A stretch of 46,612 nucleotides of DNA, counting the filler, from Catajapyx aquilonaris (lineage: Eukaryota), in the NCBI GenBank assembly GCA_000934665.2. It is 2 parts of 2 records of this genome, joined end to end, with 100 filler letters (N's around TTAATTAATTAA, not from the genome) between each part and the next. Parts side by side here need not be neighbours in the genome. Positions count along the whole stretch, not along the records: positions 23,437 to 46,612 come from JYFJ02005718.1; 1 more part is not named here. One strand, written 5' to 3'. Both the position numbers and the translations under genes were made by a program. Within the stretch, counting starts at the first letter, position 1; each line of letters begins with the position of its first letter. Positions 26,796 to 38,903 of this stretch are shown here, in pieces. Under the pieces are notes generated by a model. It was given only the letters and a program-made list of their open reading frames with translations, did no database searches and had not been told where the DNA came from.

Positions 26796-27361
26796 GTAGA
26801 GCAGCAGGGTCTGGTGGGCCTTAGCCTTCCCCCTGGTGGGCGCAACAAATATACAGAAGAGGAGCGTTTCAATGCAGCTCGCATTGTGTCACAGTTCCTG
26901 CAGCAGCAGGCACCTAGTCTGAGATCTAGTCATGTGGAGAATGGTGAAGGTGTCGGGGAGAAAAATGTGGTAGTGGAAGAAGAGAGGAAAAAGGCTGCAG
27001 AAGCAGATGAAGAGGAGGAAGTGGATGATGGCAGAGCAATCAGAAGAAGTATGACAGCACCAGTGATCCCTAGAAAAGAAGAAGGAGGCAGCATTGGGCC
27101 AAAGGAAGAGCATCAAATGCAGCAGACGCAGCTGCTACAGCAACAGCAACAGCAGTATCACCGGAGCACCAGTAATGAGGAGGAAGGCAATGGTGGTGGT
27201 CTGGTTGGCTGTACCCCAGGCCTTCGGAGGAGGAGGCAGGGATTTGAGAAGTATGTGTCAGATGAGTCGCAACTAAACCTGCGCTTCCAGAGGAGGAGGA
27301 GACCTGCTTCCGATGTCTTAGCCAATGCAGCTCCCACCACTCAAGCTCGAGCTAGGCACAG
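26796..27361 (+). CDS. Nested coding exon B
   Basis: cttcttcag acceptor (phase 0, matches exon A), CAG|GTATGC donor (phase 2); 566-nt open frame. Confidence 0.88.
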
Positions 27362-27432
27362 GTATGCAGTTAATACTTACTGGATCTTTGCAGTTAGTTA
27401 ATTTGAAGATGGATGGGCTAAGCAGTCATGTA

Positions 27433-27808
27433 CAGTCCCGCTCATAAAGAATGGTACGACTCTATGGACGACGTGTTTATTCTGACTCTCCAGCATTATT
27501 CCCAACCTGATTTCGTCGCGACACTATGGACAACTTGTCCTAGATCTCTGGCGACCCATATGAGCCCCTCCCGACTTTTTCCGAAAATTTTTATTACCAA
27601 AATGTTCAACCTGGTACAATGCTTACATAGATTTGAGATGAATTTCCCGCTTACTTTGCCTGGTTTTTTTCTTCTCTTTTTTTCTTGATTTTAATTGCCT
27701 TTTCCCAGCCTTCCTCATGACCCCTAAAAACATGCTGGTGACCTAGGGGTTGGGAACAGAATAAACATTTTGTCCGTAGAGTCGTACCATTCTTTATGAG
27801 CGGTACTG
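27433..27808. mobile_element. Tc1-like MITE
   Basis: TA|CAGTCCCGCTCATAAAGAATGGTACGACTCTA ... TAGAGTCGTACCATTCTTTATGAGCGGTACTG|TA. Confidence 0.9.
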
Positions 27809-27977
27809 TACATAGGCACCAGGAAACTAGGGCTAGTCCACTATTTCTTTGTTATGGTAAATCTTGGCCACATAATTAAAAACAAAATACTCGCCTGGGG
27901 CTAGCATAGCCCAATTGAGTTGTGACGAACAGCCATCTTCATTGAAGACAAATCAAATTGCAACAGTAAACAATATA

Positions 27978-28560
27978 CAGTAAAACTTCTATAAGTCGAA
28001 TCTCCATGGGACCTGGAAAAAAACTTCGAGTTATAGAAGATTCGAGTTAGAGAAGTTCAGCTTTTTTAAAGCACAGAACTCTATAAGGAGGCCTACCTTC
28101 ATATCCAGTGATGAAAGGTGTTCAAAACTTAAAAATAACTAGGTCACCATCACACAATGTTCCTTGTTGGTTTGGTGTTAAAAAAACTCTGTTATGGACA
28201 AATGCTTACTCTTAGATTCAAGGATTCAATTGTCACAATCGAGTCAAACCCTTCTTTCGGTACGTCTGGTAGACGGAGATCAGAAAATATCACCTTTTTG
28301 TGCATGTGGCCTACTCTCGACTCTTCGGCTGGGAAGTGAGAAAATTTTTCGTACTCGCCAACATGAGCTTTGACTTAGGGAGACTGAAAATGCATTGATA
28401 TCCCATCGTAAGGCCCTGCCTGCACTTCGAGTTATAGAAATTCGAGTTAGGGGAGTTTATTTCCTATTCTTTTACATAGTGACCAAACAAGCTCATTATT
28501 TTCTTCGACTTATATAGAGCACTTCGACTTAGGGAAGTTCGACTTATAGAAGTTTTACTG
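27978..28560. mobile_element. pogo/Tigger-like non-autonomous element
   Basis: TA|CAGTAAAACTTCTATAAGTCGAA ... TTCGACTTATAGAAGTTTTACTG|TA, with subterminal TTCGAGTTA/TTCGACTTA repeats. Confidence 0.9.
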
Positions 28561-28662
28561 TATACCAACAGTATGATTATAATCTGGCATAATCATAGAT
28601 TTCCTTCTTAATTATCATTTATAAAACCAGCCCTCAGTGAACCCCAATATGGTATTAAATCA

Positions 28663-29410
28663 CTCACAAGGGAAGTGTCTGTAGGGGTATCGGCCAATCG
28701 GCCCGAAAATGACACTTCGGGTAAATCGCAGGCCAGAAATTCACTGGTGAAAATAAAAAGTGCCACTAGCCAAGCATTTTCGAGATATGAGCGACGATAG
28801 GTGCATGGCAAACCTGTGCACAGTCTGTAGAGCGTGTTTCAAAGTCTCCCCGTTCAAGTCCGTGGGAAGCGACTTTTTTTCCCCCCTCTCTCATCTCGGA
28901 GCATCGTTTTCTTTTTCTTTTTTTCCCAACACCGTTTATCACCGCATACCTTCCCCTTTGCAATCAACAGGAATAAAACAGCTTGCTGGGAAGTGCATTA
29001 CTTTTTTTTCTTCGGCCGATGCTTGTTTACCTGTACACACATTCATTTACGGTTGCGGTTTGATTGAGCAGCTATTGCGAGTTGACTAGGACACAAATTA
29101 GAGAAGAAATATCAACGTCAACCTGTTTGCAGTGTTGCTAAACGGCCGGGAAGGGCGAAAATTATAAATATGCGCACTCACCTTCTCACTGCATATACTT
29201 TGGAGACTCAGTGCAGGTGTACAAGTGGGATTCAACCCACAGGCGGGCCCTGCGCGCAGGTTTGCCGTGCACCTATCATCGCTCATATCTCGAAAACACT
29301 TGGCTAGTGGCACTTTTTATTTTCACCAATGAATTTCTGGCCTGTGATTTACCTGAAGTGTCATTATAGGGCCTATTGGCCGATACCCCTACAGACACTT
29401 CCCTTGTCAG
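28663..29410. mobile_element. Foldback DNA element with ~155-bp TIRs
   Basis: acaagggaagtgtctgtaggggtatcggccaat... is inverted at ...attggccgatacccctacagacacttcccttgt. Confidence 0.88.
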
Positions 29411-29716
29411 TCATGGAAAATGTTTAGAAATGAATGTTTGAAGTTTGGTCAACTCCAACCTGATTTTAGACCTCCAAACTTCAGGATCTTTTTTTATTGG
29501 TCATGTGAGGGTAACAAGGAGCTCCTCCTCATTATTCGCTGGCACCCCATATATTTGGAAAACACTGTGATGGATGATATGATATATATGATATGAAACT
29601 GCATCCGAGACGAGATCACTTCTAGGAGACTTTTTGTTGCTCTGTTGGCCCTACTCGCTCTGCTTGATTTTTTAATATTGAAACCATATTTCTTTTCTTT
29701 TCTTAATTTGTTACAG

Positions 29717-30040
29717 GCAACGTAACTCAGTGGGTGACAGTGGCAGCGGCAGCCCAGCAAGTGCCCCACTACGTGACCCGGAGCCCCTCTTTCCACAGCC
29801 ACCATCTGTGTCTACTACATCAGTCAGGTCAGAGCCCCTCAGGGGGATACCGACCCACCTGCTCAACCAGAAAGGGTGTGCCAACATTGGGCCTGAGGAT
29901 AGCAGTGATGGTAGCAGTGAGTCATCGCCACAGAGGGTTGGAAGCGGAACACTTCCACCCCACATCCGCCGCACTCCACCTCCTGTTCCTCCAAGGCCAC
30001 CCCTAGGGGATCCTCCACTCAATAAGGAGTTGCCTACCAG
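29717..30040 (+). CDS. Nested coding exon C (Ser/Pro-rich; PPPVPPR)
   Basis: Long pyrimidine tract plus ttacag acceptor (phase 2, matches exon B), CAG|GTAAGT donor (phase 2). Confidence 0.88.
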
Positions 30041-30128
30041 GTAAGTTGAACATTAAGCAGTGTTGAAATATAAGCACAGTTCTTAGAGTCTGGCATTCCT
30101 TTTCTTATTACTTTTTCATTGCATGCAG

Positions 30129-30186
30129 GTGTCGTCGGTATCGCCCTTGCTCCGCTGAGATTCCAGGTGATGAGCCAGAAACCTGA
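30129..30186 (+). CDS. Nested terminal coding exon D (CRRYRPCSAEIPGDEPET*)
   Basis: 88-nt intron, tgcag acceptor at 30128 in phase 2; TGA at 30184-30186. Confidence 0.75.
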
Positions 30187-32580
30187 GTCTAGTCAGAAGA
30201 GATATCTCTACAGTCCTTCTCCCATCCTGTTACATTGTGGTTTTATCATTTAGGCAAAAAAAGAATGTATTTTTCCCTACCCTACCGCATTCATTGCATT
30301 TTTTAAAACAGAAGCGCTATACAGTATATATAATTAATGTTGCTGTAGGCAGAGAATAGGAGGGAAGGGACAGTTGGTACTGCTGTGCCTGGACATGAGG
30401 AAAATATTTAGTGGTACCAAGTCACACTGTACCCCTTCTCACATTCTTTAAAAGGCACATAATGTGCACAAATATGTGCTGAGGGAAGGGACAGCAAAAA
30501 TCTAGCGAATCTCTCATCCATTCATGTTGATGTTGTTTTATATTTTAGGATATTCTCTTGAGAGCAGGGGAAAAAAATGAAATTTTATTTTCTCCCCGTA
30601 GAGAGTGCAAGATTTTTATTTACAATCTTCATAATCTTTGTTGTTGTCTTTTTGTTTTGTTTTTGTGAGGAGTCATGAAGCGTGTGTGTGTGTATGTGTG
30701 TATGGTGACAGAAAAAATCAAGTGACTCCCTCAATTTTTCCTCTCACACACCTCAATATTCCCACGCCATTTTTCTCTCCCATACAAAAAAAAAAAATTG
30801 TGCTCATGTAATATTTAAGATTCTTCATGTAAATCTGGGCCAAATTGAAAAGGCGTGGACAATAGAGAAGGAAGTGGAAAGGAACAGTGGCAGAGACCTC
30901 AATGCTTGTTGTTTTTTTTCTTGTTTGTATGTATTACATGTTGTGATGATATATTTTGTTGAGAAATTCTGTTTCTTGCTAGGGAAGTGCCAGTAATGAG
31001 TAAGAAAAGGACATGGTCAGCAGACAACGCCTGAAAGAAACCTTCTTTCCCTTCGAGTGTGGTTGTGCTTCAATGGGTTTCCAATTAATTTAATTTAACG
31101 TTTTTGGTGAGTCTCAGAAGCGAAGTCTCAAACCCAGTGTTTTTGCACAGAGCTACAAAGATGGCAGAAAAACCACTGCCAAGCACTGTGTCAATGCAAT
31201 GGGCCTGCAGTGTTCAGAAAAGTCCTGACAGTGGCTCTTTTATACTGATGTTTTGTGTTGTGATGCCCAAAAAGAAAATAGAAGGAATGTTTATTTCAGT
31301 AAGGAGATGATTGGGATTTCTTCTCAGTGAAAAAACAAGGTTGAAGAATCAATGGTGATCAATTTAAATCTTAAGTAGTGAACTAGTCTTTGTGAGATAT
31401 TACAGGTAATAGTCCTCTCCTTCCCCCTGCCCCCCTCCCTCCCCTCAATCCAAACACCTTCCCCTGAATTTTTTGACTTACTAGGGGAGATGCCATAGTT
31501 ACAAGACTTGAATTTTTTGTTATTTTATAAAATATATATTTTTTTGGGTGGGAGTCATCGAAGACGCTTAGGATGCTCTTGTCATGCCTTTATTTATTCC
31601 CCCTGCCCCCATATATCCTGCTCCCTTCCCACTCACCGGCAGGCCATATTTCCCCTCCTGCTTTACAAACCTGTAGGAGCACGTTACACTGTAGGCAAGA
31701 GAATCAATTTTTCCATCGCAGGTAGTTTTATAGGTTCCCTTTGTATTTCACATCTTATTCCTTTCATCCCCACCTGCCCAGCTTGAGGGTCTCATAAATG
31801 GCATAGTGGCTTCGACCTCTGATTTTGCATTCTCTGTCCTGTTCCTCGTTTCCCCACAAGGAAGGTTCCTTCTGAAAATGCAGAAAATGCATTTTTGGCC
31901 AGTTTCAATTAGATACAGGATAAGGTATCAGATGGCAGCCCAGAAAAGGCAGCTTACGTCTCATGGCGCCATCTCTCGCTGATGCTTGGTCATTTGTGAT
32001 GTAATGCACTGGAATGCACCTTGAAGGAAAAGCTTGCAAAGCTACAAATGTGCTACAAAACAAAGCTACAAGCATCACATTTTCTCCTGAAGTCTTGCAA
32101 CCATTCATGCATTACTAAGCATGCCAAGCATGGTGCCATATCCTGCGAAATAAAAAACACAAAGTGTGTAAATTTCCTTTTCAATGCAACTTTGCAAAGA
32201 ACCCTCAACTCGGATCCATTTGCAAAGTTGTTTTGCCTTTTCTTGTGTTATTGAGATTACACTTTACATGGAGAAAATTGTTTTTGGGCACAAACAAGGG
32301 CTCCCTGCCTAATGAATGTTTTTTTTTTTCTTCGGCTCAATTGTCATTGGATGTGAAAACAAGGTTTACTGAAAGGTTTCTTATGTGTATTTTGAGCATT
32401 TTCTGATGGAACCCTCATTCAAAAAGGGAGAAAAAAAAGTGTAAATAGCCAATGCAGTACTATGTATATTTTGATTTTTTATTATTATTATTATTTAAAG
32501 AAGTTATTTAAATGAAAGTGCTTTGCATTTTAATTGCATCTTGAGGAAAGGTAAATAAAAGAAATATTGTAAAAAACAGA
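30187..32580 (+). other. Probable long 3'UTR with intronic polyadenylation signal
   Basis: About 2.4 kb with no recognisable TE, T-rich and CpG-poor; AATAAA at 32554-32559. Confidence 0.5.
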
Positions 32581-34516
32581 AGGTGTATAGTATGGTCCTT
32601 TCCTAATCCCTAAGTTCATCTCCCATTAATGGCTGTCACCGGGCTGTCACATATGCAGGATGTTTCTTACTAGTCATCCAGACAGCACCATGTTCCTTGG
32701 CCCAAATGACATAGATGACGATTGAGGTTTTGGTTCTCCTTAGACAAAAAAAATGCTCCCACCCACCCAGCAACTGTTTTGCAGGGAAAGTGGCAATCAG
32801 ATCGACCTCCTGTGTAGCAGTTGCCTTTGGGGCAAGGTATCTTAGGTATGATTCTGATATTGAATACTGAGCACAAGGTGTTCTTATGAATAGGAGAAAA
32901 ATACTGTACATTGTTAAAAAATTTGTCATTTGTAATGTTTGAGAGGAAAAGTTATGGATTTTTTTCCCCCTTTGGTAGGCGACTCATAAGTCATAACTAG
33001 AGTCCGGATTTTTAGGCGCGAAAAAACCCTCAAATAGGCACAAAAATTTGACTTTTATGGGCATATGCAGCCGTGCAGGATAATGTTACAGAACGTCAAA
33101 GAGAGACATTTTATAGGCCTAAAGTATAAAATAACATAAGGTCACAGAGTATAGCAAAAACCGAATAACAATGATACACTGACAGAAAATCACAAAACTT
33201 GGGCAAAAGACACAAAGTGCATGAAAGTATCACTTTCTCTGGACTCGACCGCTTGTAGCCCGTTTCCACTTGCACAGTATGTTACCAAGTACGAGGGCGG
33301 ATCAAATGAAACCCGAATATGGTGTCTGGACCGGATACTGGCATGGATTTGAAACTGCCGGTACAGGAAGATGGTATCGATACCTCCTATTGGCACGGGT
33401 ATATACGAGGAGCCAACTGCGCATGCCCGGATACAAAGAGTGCCCGGATACGAGGAAAGAGGAAAAGTTGAAAATTTTCAACTTTAATCCCCTTTTAGAG
33501 GGACAAGAGGGGCCCTGAGGCGACAAAGAGTCCGTCTCGACGTACAAGATTTCTCGTGTAAGAGGACTCGCATACGAGGATCTCTTACGTGGATACCGGA
33601 GAACGGGCAAGCTCTATGGAACGGGTTAGAAGGGTAAGAATCTTCGCGCGCATACCGCAGCCAGCTACGAACCATACCTTGCACCTTGCTACGAACATTC
33701 ACTGAACGTTCACAGAACATTACAATTGAGCATTCCACAGATGTCCAGCTACCAGTGTTGGGAAAGATAACCCAAAAATGTATCTAGATCAGATCCCAGA
33801 TACTTCAGTGTTTTCGTACCTAGATCCCAGTTCAGATCTCTCAATTCTAAAGGATCTGGTTGGTTGGTAGGAATAGGGTTACCCAGCTTGTATGGCTCTG
33901 TCTGAGTCGAGCCTTGGCAGCCGGGGGTAGGTGAGGAAGGTGTGGGATTGCAAGGTAGGGGTGGGTGAGAAGGGTGGGGGAGAGGAGGGCTGGACCCGGC
34001 TGTACTGCAATGCCGGGTCCAACCCAGGGATGGGGGTGGGATATTCTCCCAAGCACCCCGTCCAACCAAGAAATGCGAGTCAGGTCGGAGGACCGCTTGA
34101 GTAGGAGAGTACCGTCGCTATAGTTATATATGGCAATCTGCTTGCAATGATCTAGATCAGATTTCAGATCACACAACCTAAAGTGATGATGCGTGATGAT
34201 GATGAGTGATGATGAGTGATGATGATCTAGATCAGATTTCAGATCACACAACCTAAAGTGATTTATGTCAATTAGCAGTTTAGTTCAAGTGAAGAGAGAT
34301 ACAGGGGATTTGAATATTGTCTGCCACCCCCAGGGGCATATTGCTAAATTGAAAGAGAAAACACTGAGAAAAGATCCATTGATGAATACGTCAAAAATAA
34401 TAACCCTGCAATTGAAAATATTATAATAAGTACACAGAATAATTTCACAGACATAAAAATAGTTGAAATATACAGGCCTAGTCAATAAATCATAAAATTC
34501 CCGGCATGTCCCATAC

Positions 34517-34747
34517 TTTATAATTGATATTAGGGAGGTTGGCCCTGCATTGCCTTTCAACCTCCAAGGATAGGGAAGGAAGGAAGCGGCTGTGGCCTAT
34601 TATACGGAAGCGACCCCGGAATTATCCTAGGAAGACCGTGGAAAACCACAGAAAACCACAGTCAGGGTCGCCGGCCCCGGGATTCGAAGCCAGGACCTCC
34701 CGATTAGCAGTCGGACGCCTTATTCACCATGCCCACCTGCTTCGGAA
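34517..34747 (-). mobile_element. tRNA-derived SINE (family B head/core, alternative tail)
   Basis: Reverse complement of the family B head; TSD gcatgtcccatac at 34504-34516 and 34748-34760. Confidence 0.9.
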
Positions 34748-34772
34748 GCATGTCCCATACAGTAATTGTATT

Positions 34773-35504
34773 ATCTAACCAAAAACGGACTCGTAAAAAA
34801 ACCGCCAAGTCCTGAGTCACTCCGCCTAAAAAAGTTGTGAGATCATGGGTGGACACCAAGCCTCTTTGTGAGACTATAGATTAAGTCAAGTTACTTGGCT
34901 CACGATTGGAGACTATAGACTTACAACTCGTAGACTTGGCGCATGGTTCGAGACTATAGCCTAAGGTGAGCGACTTGGCTCACAGGGAATTATACCGGTA
35001 CAAGGTGTTTCACAACTCGTGTCCAAAACTTTGAGGTTGAACTCGTGTGCACCAGTGGATCACTTTATACATAGAGGTGAAGCGATTCACTGGTGTTCAG
35101 GGGTTTACCCTAGAAGGTTTGGGCGCGAGTTGAGAAACACCCTGTATGGCTTGAAGGGGAATTTGTTACTCCACAAGTACGGTAATTAAGGAATTGCGGC
35201 CTGGACATTACAGCTGTAAATGGAAGGTGTGTAACACTCTTGGGTTAATCAGAAACGACTAAATTTTACCATTAAGCCGCCTATTGCTCTTCATGCCCGG
35301 TGAACCAAGTGGCTCAACCTTAGTCTATAATCTCGAACCAAGTCTACGAGTTGTAAGTCTATAGTCTCCAATCGTGAGCCAAGTAACTTGACTTAATCTA
35401 TAGTCTCACAAAGAGGCTTGGTGTCCACCCATGATCTCACAACTTTTTTAGGCGGAGTGGCTACGGACTTGGCGGTTTTTTTACGAGTCCGTTTTTGGTT
35501 AGAT
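34773..35504. mobile_element. Foldback element with ~200-bp near-identical TIRs
   Basis: atctaaccaaaaacggactcgtaaaaaaaccgccaagtcc... inverted at ...ggacttggcggtttttttacgagtccgtttttggttagat. Confidence 0.9.
35001..35144. mobile_element. Tc1/mariner MITE nested in the foldback element
   Basis: TA|CAAGGTGTTTCACAACTCG ... CGAGTTGAGAAACACCCTG|TA. Confidence 0.8.
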
Positions 35505-35759
35505 CTCAAGACTTTTTGTGCAGTTGCAGTAAATAAGGAATGATATTTTCTCTGGTACACAGGAAAATACGATATAAGTGTGGAATTGATAGGTTTTTAT
35601 TTTCAAAGTGTCAGAGGACACACATAACATGTTTGTAAGAGGGCCGCCCATGCCATGCTCTTCCCAACCTTATTCCATCACCCCAAACCAACAACTCTCC
35701 CATCATACACATATACCTTGTCTCCGCGACATTAGGAGGGCTACCTAATATTGTCTAAT

Positions 35760-36540
35760 ATTATGTCCGAGTCTGTTGTATTCCAGTATAAGGAGTTTCT
35801 ATTGGGTTAGCTTTTACCTGGGTATATGATCAAAGTTGATTATATGGATTCCGTCAATTGTTGTGACACGAGCCAAGGGTATGTAGGTTTGGCCGCAACA
35901 GAAAAGTGATGAGCCGATGTCGATTAGGGCAGTGTCTAAGCTCAAGCCGTGACTCTTGTGAATTGTGATGTCGTATAAGCTATCGTTATAGGGAAGTTTT
36001 CTATAAGCTTAGACGAATGCTTTTGTTGTAACTTCAAATTTGCTCTTTACAGGCCCTAAATCGTGTTCCAATCCGAAAGAAAGTTGAATTTTTATGGACT
36101 TTACTTTTTTTGGAGTGTCTGGGTCGTACATAACACTCAGTGTCAGTACGGTACCCACTGCACCGTTAACCAACCCAATTAACATAATCTTTGTGCCAAG
36201 TTTAATATAGTAATGGTGTTTTTTTTCGAAACCAGCCGTATTAGATTAGAAAAATCCTCTTCGTACTTTTTGAGTATAGCTTATTGACTGGAGCATAGAT
36301 CTGGGACAGTCCAACGAGTCCTCAGCTTCCAGGATGATCTCAGGAGAGTTTATAGCTTCAAGTATGGCTTTATGTAAGGCTTTGCACAATGTGGTTGGTT
36401 GGCAGCAAGCAAAAAATATTGCATGTTCTGGCAGGCTGGATAATTGCCTCGTAAGTTGATCGAATCAGCCAGTAGGATCAGTCGACATGATATTCACGAG
36501 TCTCTCAGTAAGTACCTGGATATTGCGTTATTGGAAATTA
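35760..36540 (-). pseudogene. Degenerate PIF1-family helicase fragment (Helitron/Helentron-type)
   Basis: Manual translation: GLVNGAVGTV (~36150-36178) and ITIHKSHGLSLDTALIDIGSSLFCCGQTYIPLARVTTIDGIHIINFD (~35830-35970), matching PIF1 motifs V/VI; frameshifted. Confidence 0.85.
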
Positions 36541-37887
36541 TTCCCAAGCGTACACGATAAAGCACAAATTCACTATTATTTTGCTGTCTCATATTATTTT
36601 ATTGTTAGTTCATCGACAATCGATCAGCAATCGATCAACAATGCTAATAATCAGATCGATTTTTAGTGCATCAACAATCAATCAGCAATGTTAGTAATGA
36701 AATCAATTGTTAGTTCATCAACAATCGATCAACAATGGCTTAGATGCAATGTTTTTTTTTCTCTTTCTAATACCTGTAATAAGTTGTCGGGTGCCTAATA
36801 ATTTTTATTTATGGAGTTGTTCCCCTTGGTTTGAGATTTCCATACGGTTCCATTTTGTCTCTCCTGATCAATAATGGCTGTTTAAAGTTATTAAAAAGCT
36901 GGCATCTCGAATCAAGATGGCCTATTCCTAATGTTCATATATTAAGTAGTAGCCCTTGTTTTGAGGATTTCAGATCAGTTTCCATTATGTCTCTGCGATC
37001 AGTAATGGCTGATTTACGATTTTTTAAAGACTCGAAATGCCCGCCATCTAGAATCTAGGTGATCGAGTTCCAGTTTCGGACTTTTCCCTAGTGTCCCAGA
37101 CCGTAACCTATCTTTATGCCAAATTTGGTGTCTCTATGATAGCTGTAAGTACATGATCAATTTGATTATCACCACCTATATTATGTGTACTCGCTTTGCG
37201 AGGTGGGGAGGCTCCGCCCCCCCACCTCGCATTGCCTTTTTTGAGGCTTTATATCTCGAGAACCTTTTGTCACAAAATTATGAATATTTTTTTGTAGGGT
37301 CCCTGGGCCCATGCCATTCTATTTTATAAAGCTCAGATCTCCAGCGTTTTCCCGAGCTGAGCTGGAAGGAGGTCAAATGTAGTATACGAAGGGGGTATAG
37401 TAAAAGGCCCACAGCAGTGCATGTTTATTTGGTTGCCTGGTTACATGACAAGTGGCAGTAGGGGATGTGTCGAAATGTAGGCTGTGTGTGTGGTGTGGAG
37501 TGATGACTTGGCGGGGTGCACTGCCGTGCACCTTGATATTTTGACAAGTATGAATTACATAAAACATAATATACGAGAACTTGTATAATTGAAGGGGTCG
37601 GTGCAATACTGCCCTAACCCTCCCAAACCTGATTTCGAGAAAAACGCATTTGAAAGTTTGAGATGACCCATAAATCACATTTTCCATGGGACAATTTTCA
37701 TTTCTACCCCAATATACAAGGCACTAATAAGGAACATTTACGTGCTATTATGATTATGATGATGCCCCACCCACTCTAAGAATGAACAAAATAAGGTGGC
37801 CGCGTGTGAAAAAAAGGGTTAGGGCAGTATTGCACCCAACTTGTAATGCGAACTAAATTGGTCAAGAACGTATCACAAGTTAGTTTA

Positions 37888-38903
37888 ATGTTCATATAAA
37901 TGATATCAAATGAACTGTCGTGAGATTGGTGGCAACTGGTTTAACCTAAATCTCTATCTCTATAAATAAGGAAGTTTGTCAATTTGTTTGTTTGTTTGTC
38001 CCTTATAGAAATCCGGGGGAAGGCCCCTACACCGCCTTAAATTAGCATATCGGGAGTTACATTTTTCAAGGAATTTAATGCCGCATGTTTCAGCTTCCGA
38101 AAATGTACCTAACACCCATAACACGCATATTCCCAATTAACCAATTGTCAATTACCTATTTAACAGTATTCATAGATTTCCATGGTAATGCCCTCATTAC
38201 ATTGTAGGCCTACCACCATAACTTACCCGGGCAACGCCGGGTAACCTGCTAGTTGTAAAATAAAAATGTTTAAAAAAAATCGCATTATTGAGCAAAACGG
38301 ACACGTTTCATATTGTCCAATGTCATGGTTAAACACATGCTAAGGGTGTGGAATTAATATGGTAGGTATACATTGTCATCTGATCATTATTATACTGTCG
38401 AAGGACAACATCACAGGTCGAGCAGTCTTGAAAATAAAACTTCTGAAATGTCTGTTTTCCACTAATTTGGTCATCCTTGGGGTCATTTTTCTCAGTGTGG
38501 GGCTGGGTCAATTTTTAAGTTATCGCAGAAACGTTTTTTCATGCACAACATAGCAGTATAAGAACTGTTCACTTACCATGAATGGTTCACTCGCAACATC
38601 AAATAACGTGGAGTAGCCTATAGAGGGCTTTTTCCGACATTTCAGATTTATTATCTCCAAGTCTGCTTGACCTTGATGTTGTCCTGCAGTAGTAATGACT
38701 ACTGATGATCAGGTGACAATGGACCTACCATATTAATTCCACACGCTTAGCATGTATTTAACAATGCCATTGGACCATATGAAATGTGTCCGTTTTGCAC
38801 AATAATGCAATTTTCTTAGCATTTTAATTTTACAATCTAGGCTAACCCGTTGCCACCAAAATGTTCCTCATCTTACGTCAGTTCATTTGATATAATATGA
38901 ACG
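37888..38903. mobile_element. Long diverged palindromic element inside the Sola-like element
   Basis: 38253-38400 is inverted at 38690-38836, and 37890-37950 at 38837-38902. Confidence 0.75.
37951..38252 (+). mobile_element. Non-autonomous Helitron
   Basis: 5' TC, (TTTG)n tract, 3' hairpin cccgggcaacgccggg, terminal CTAG, A|T insertion site without TSD; the opposite palindrome arm shows the empty site. Confidence 0.9.

Noticed and set aside
33292..33752. Mariner-like host element starting TA|CGAGGGCGGATCAAATGAAAC
   Set aside because: No matching right TIR was found, so it was not annotated as a bounded element.
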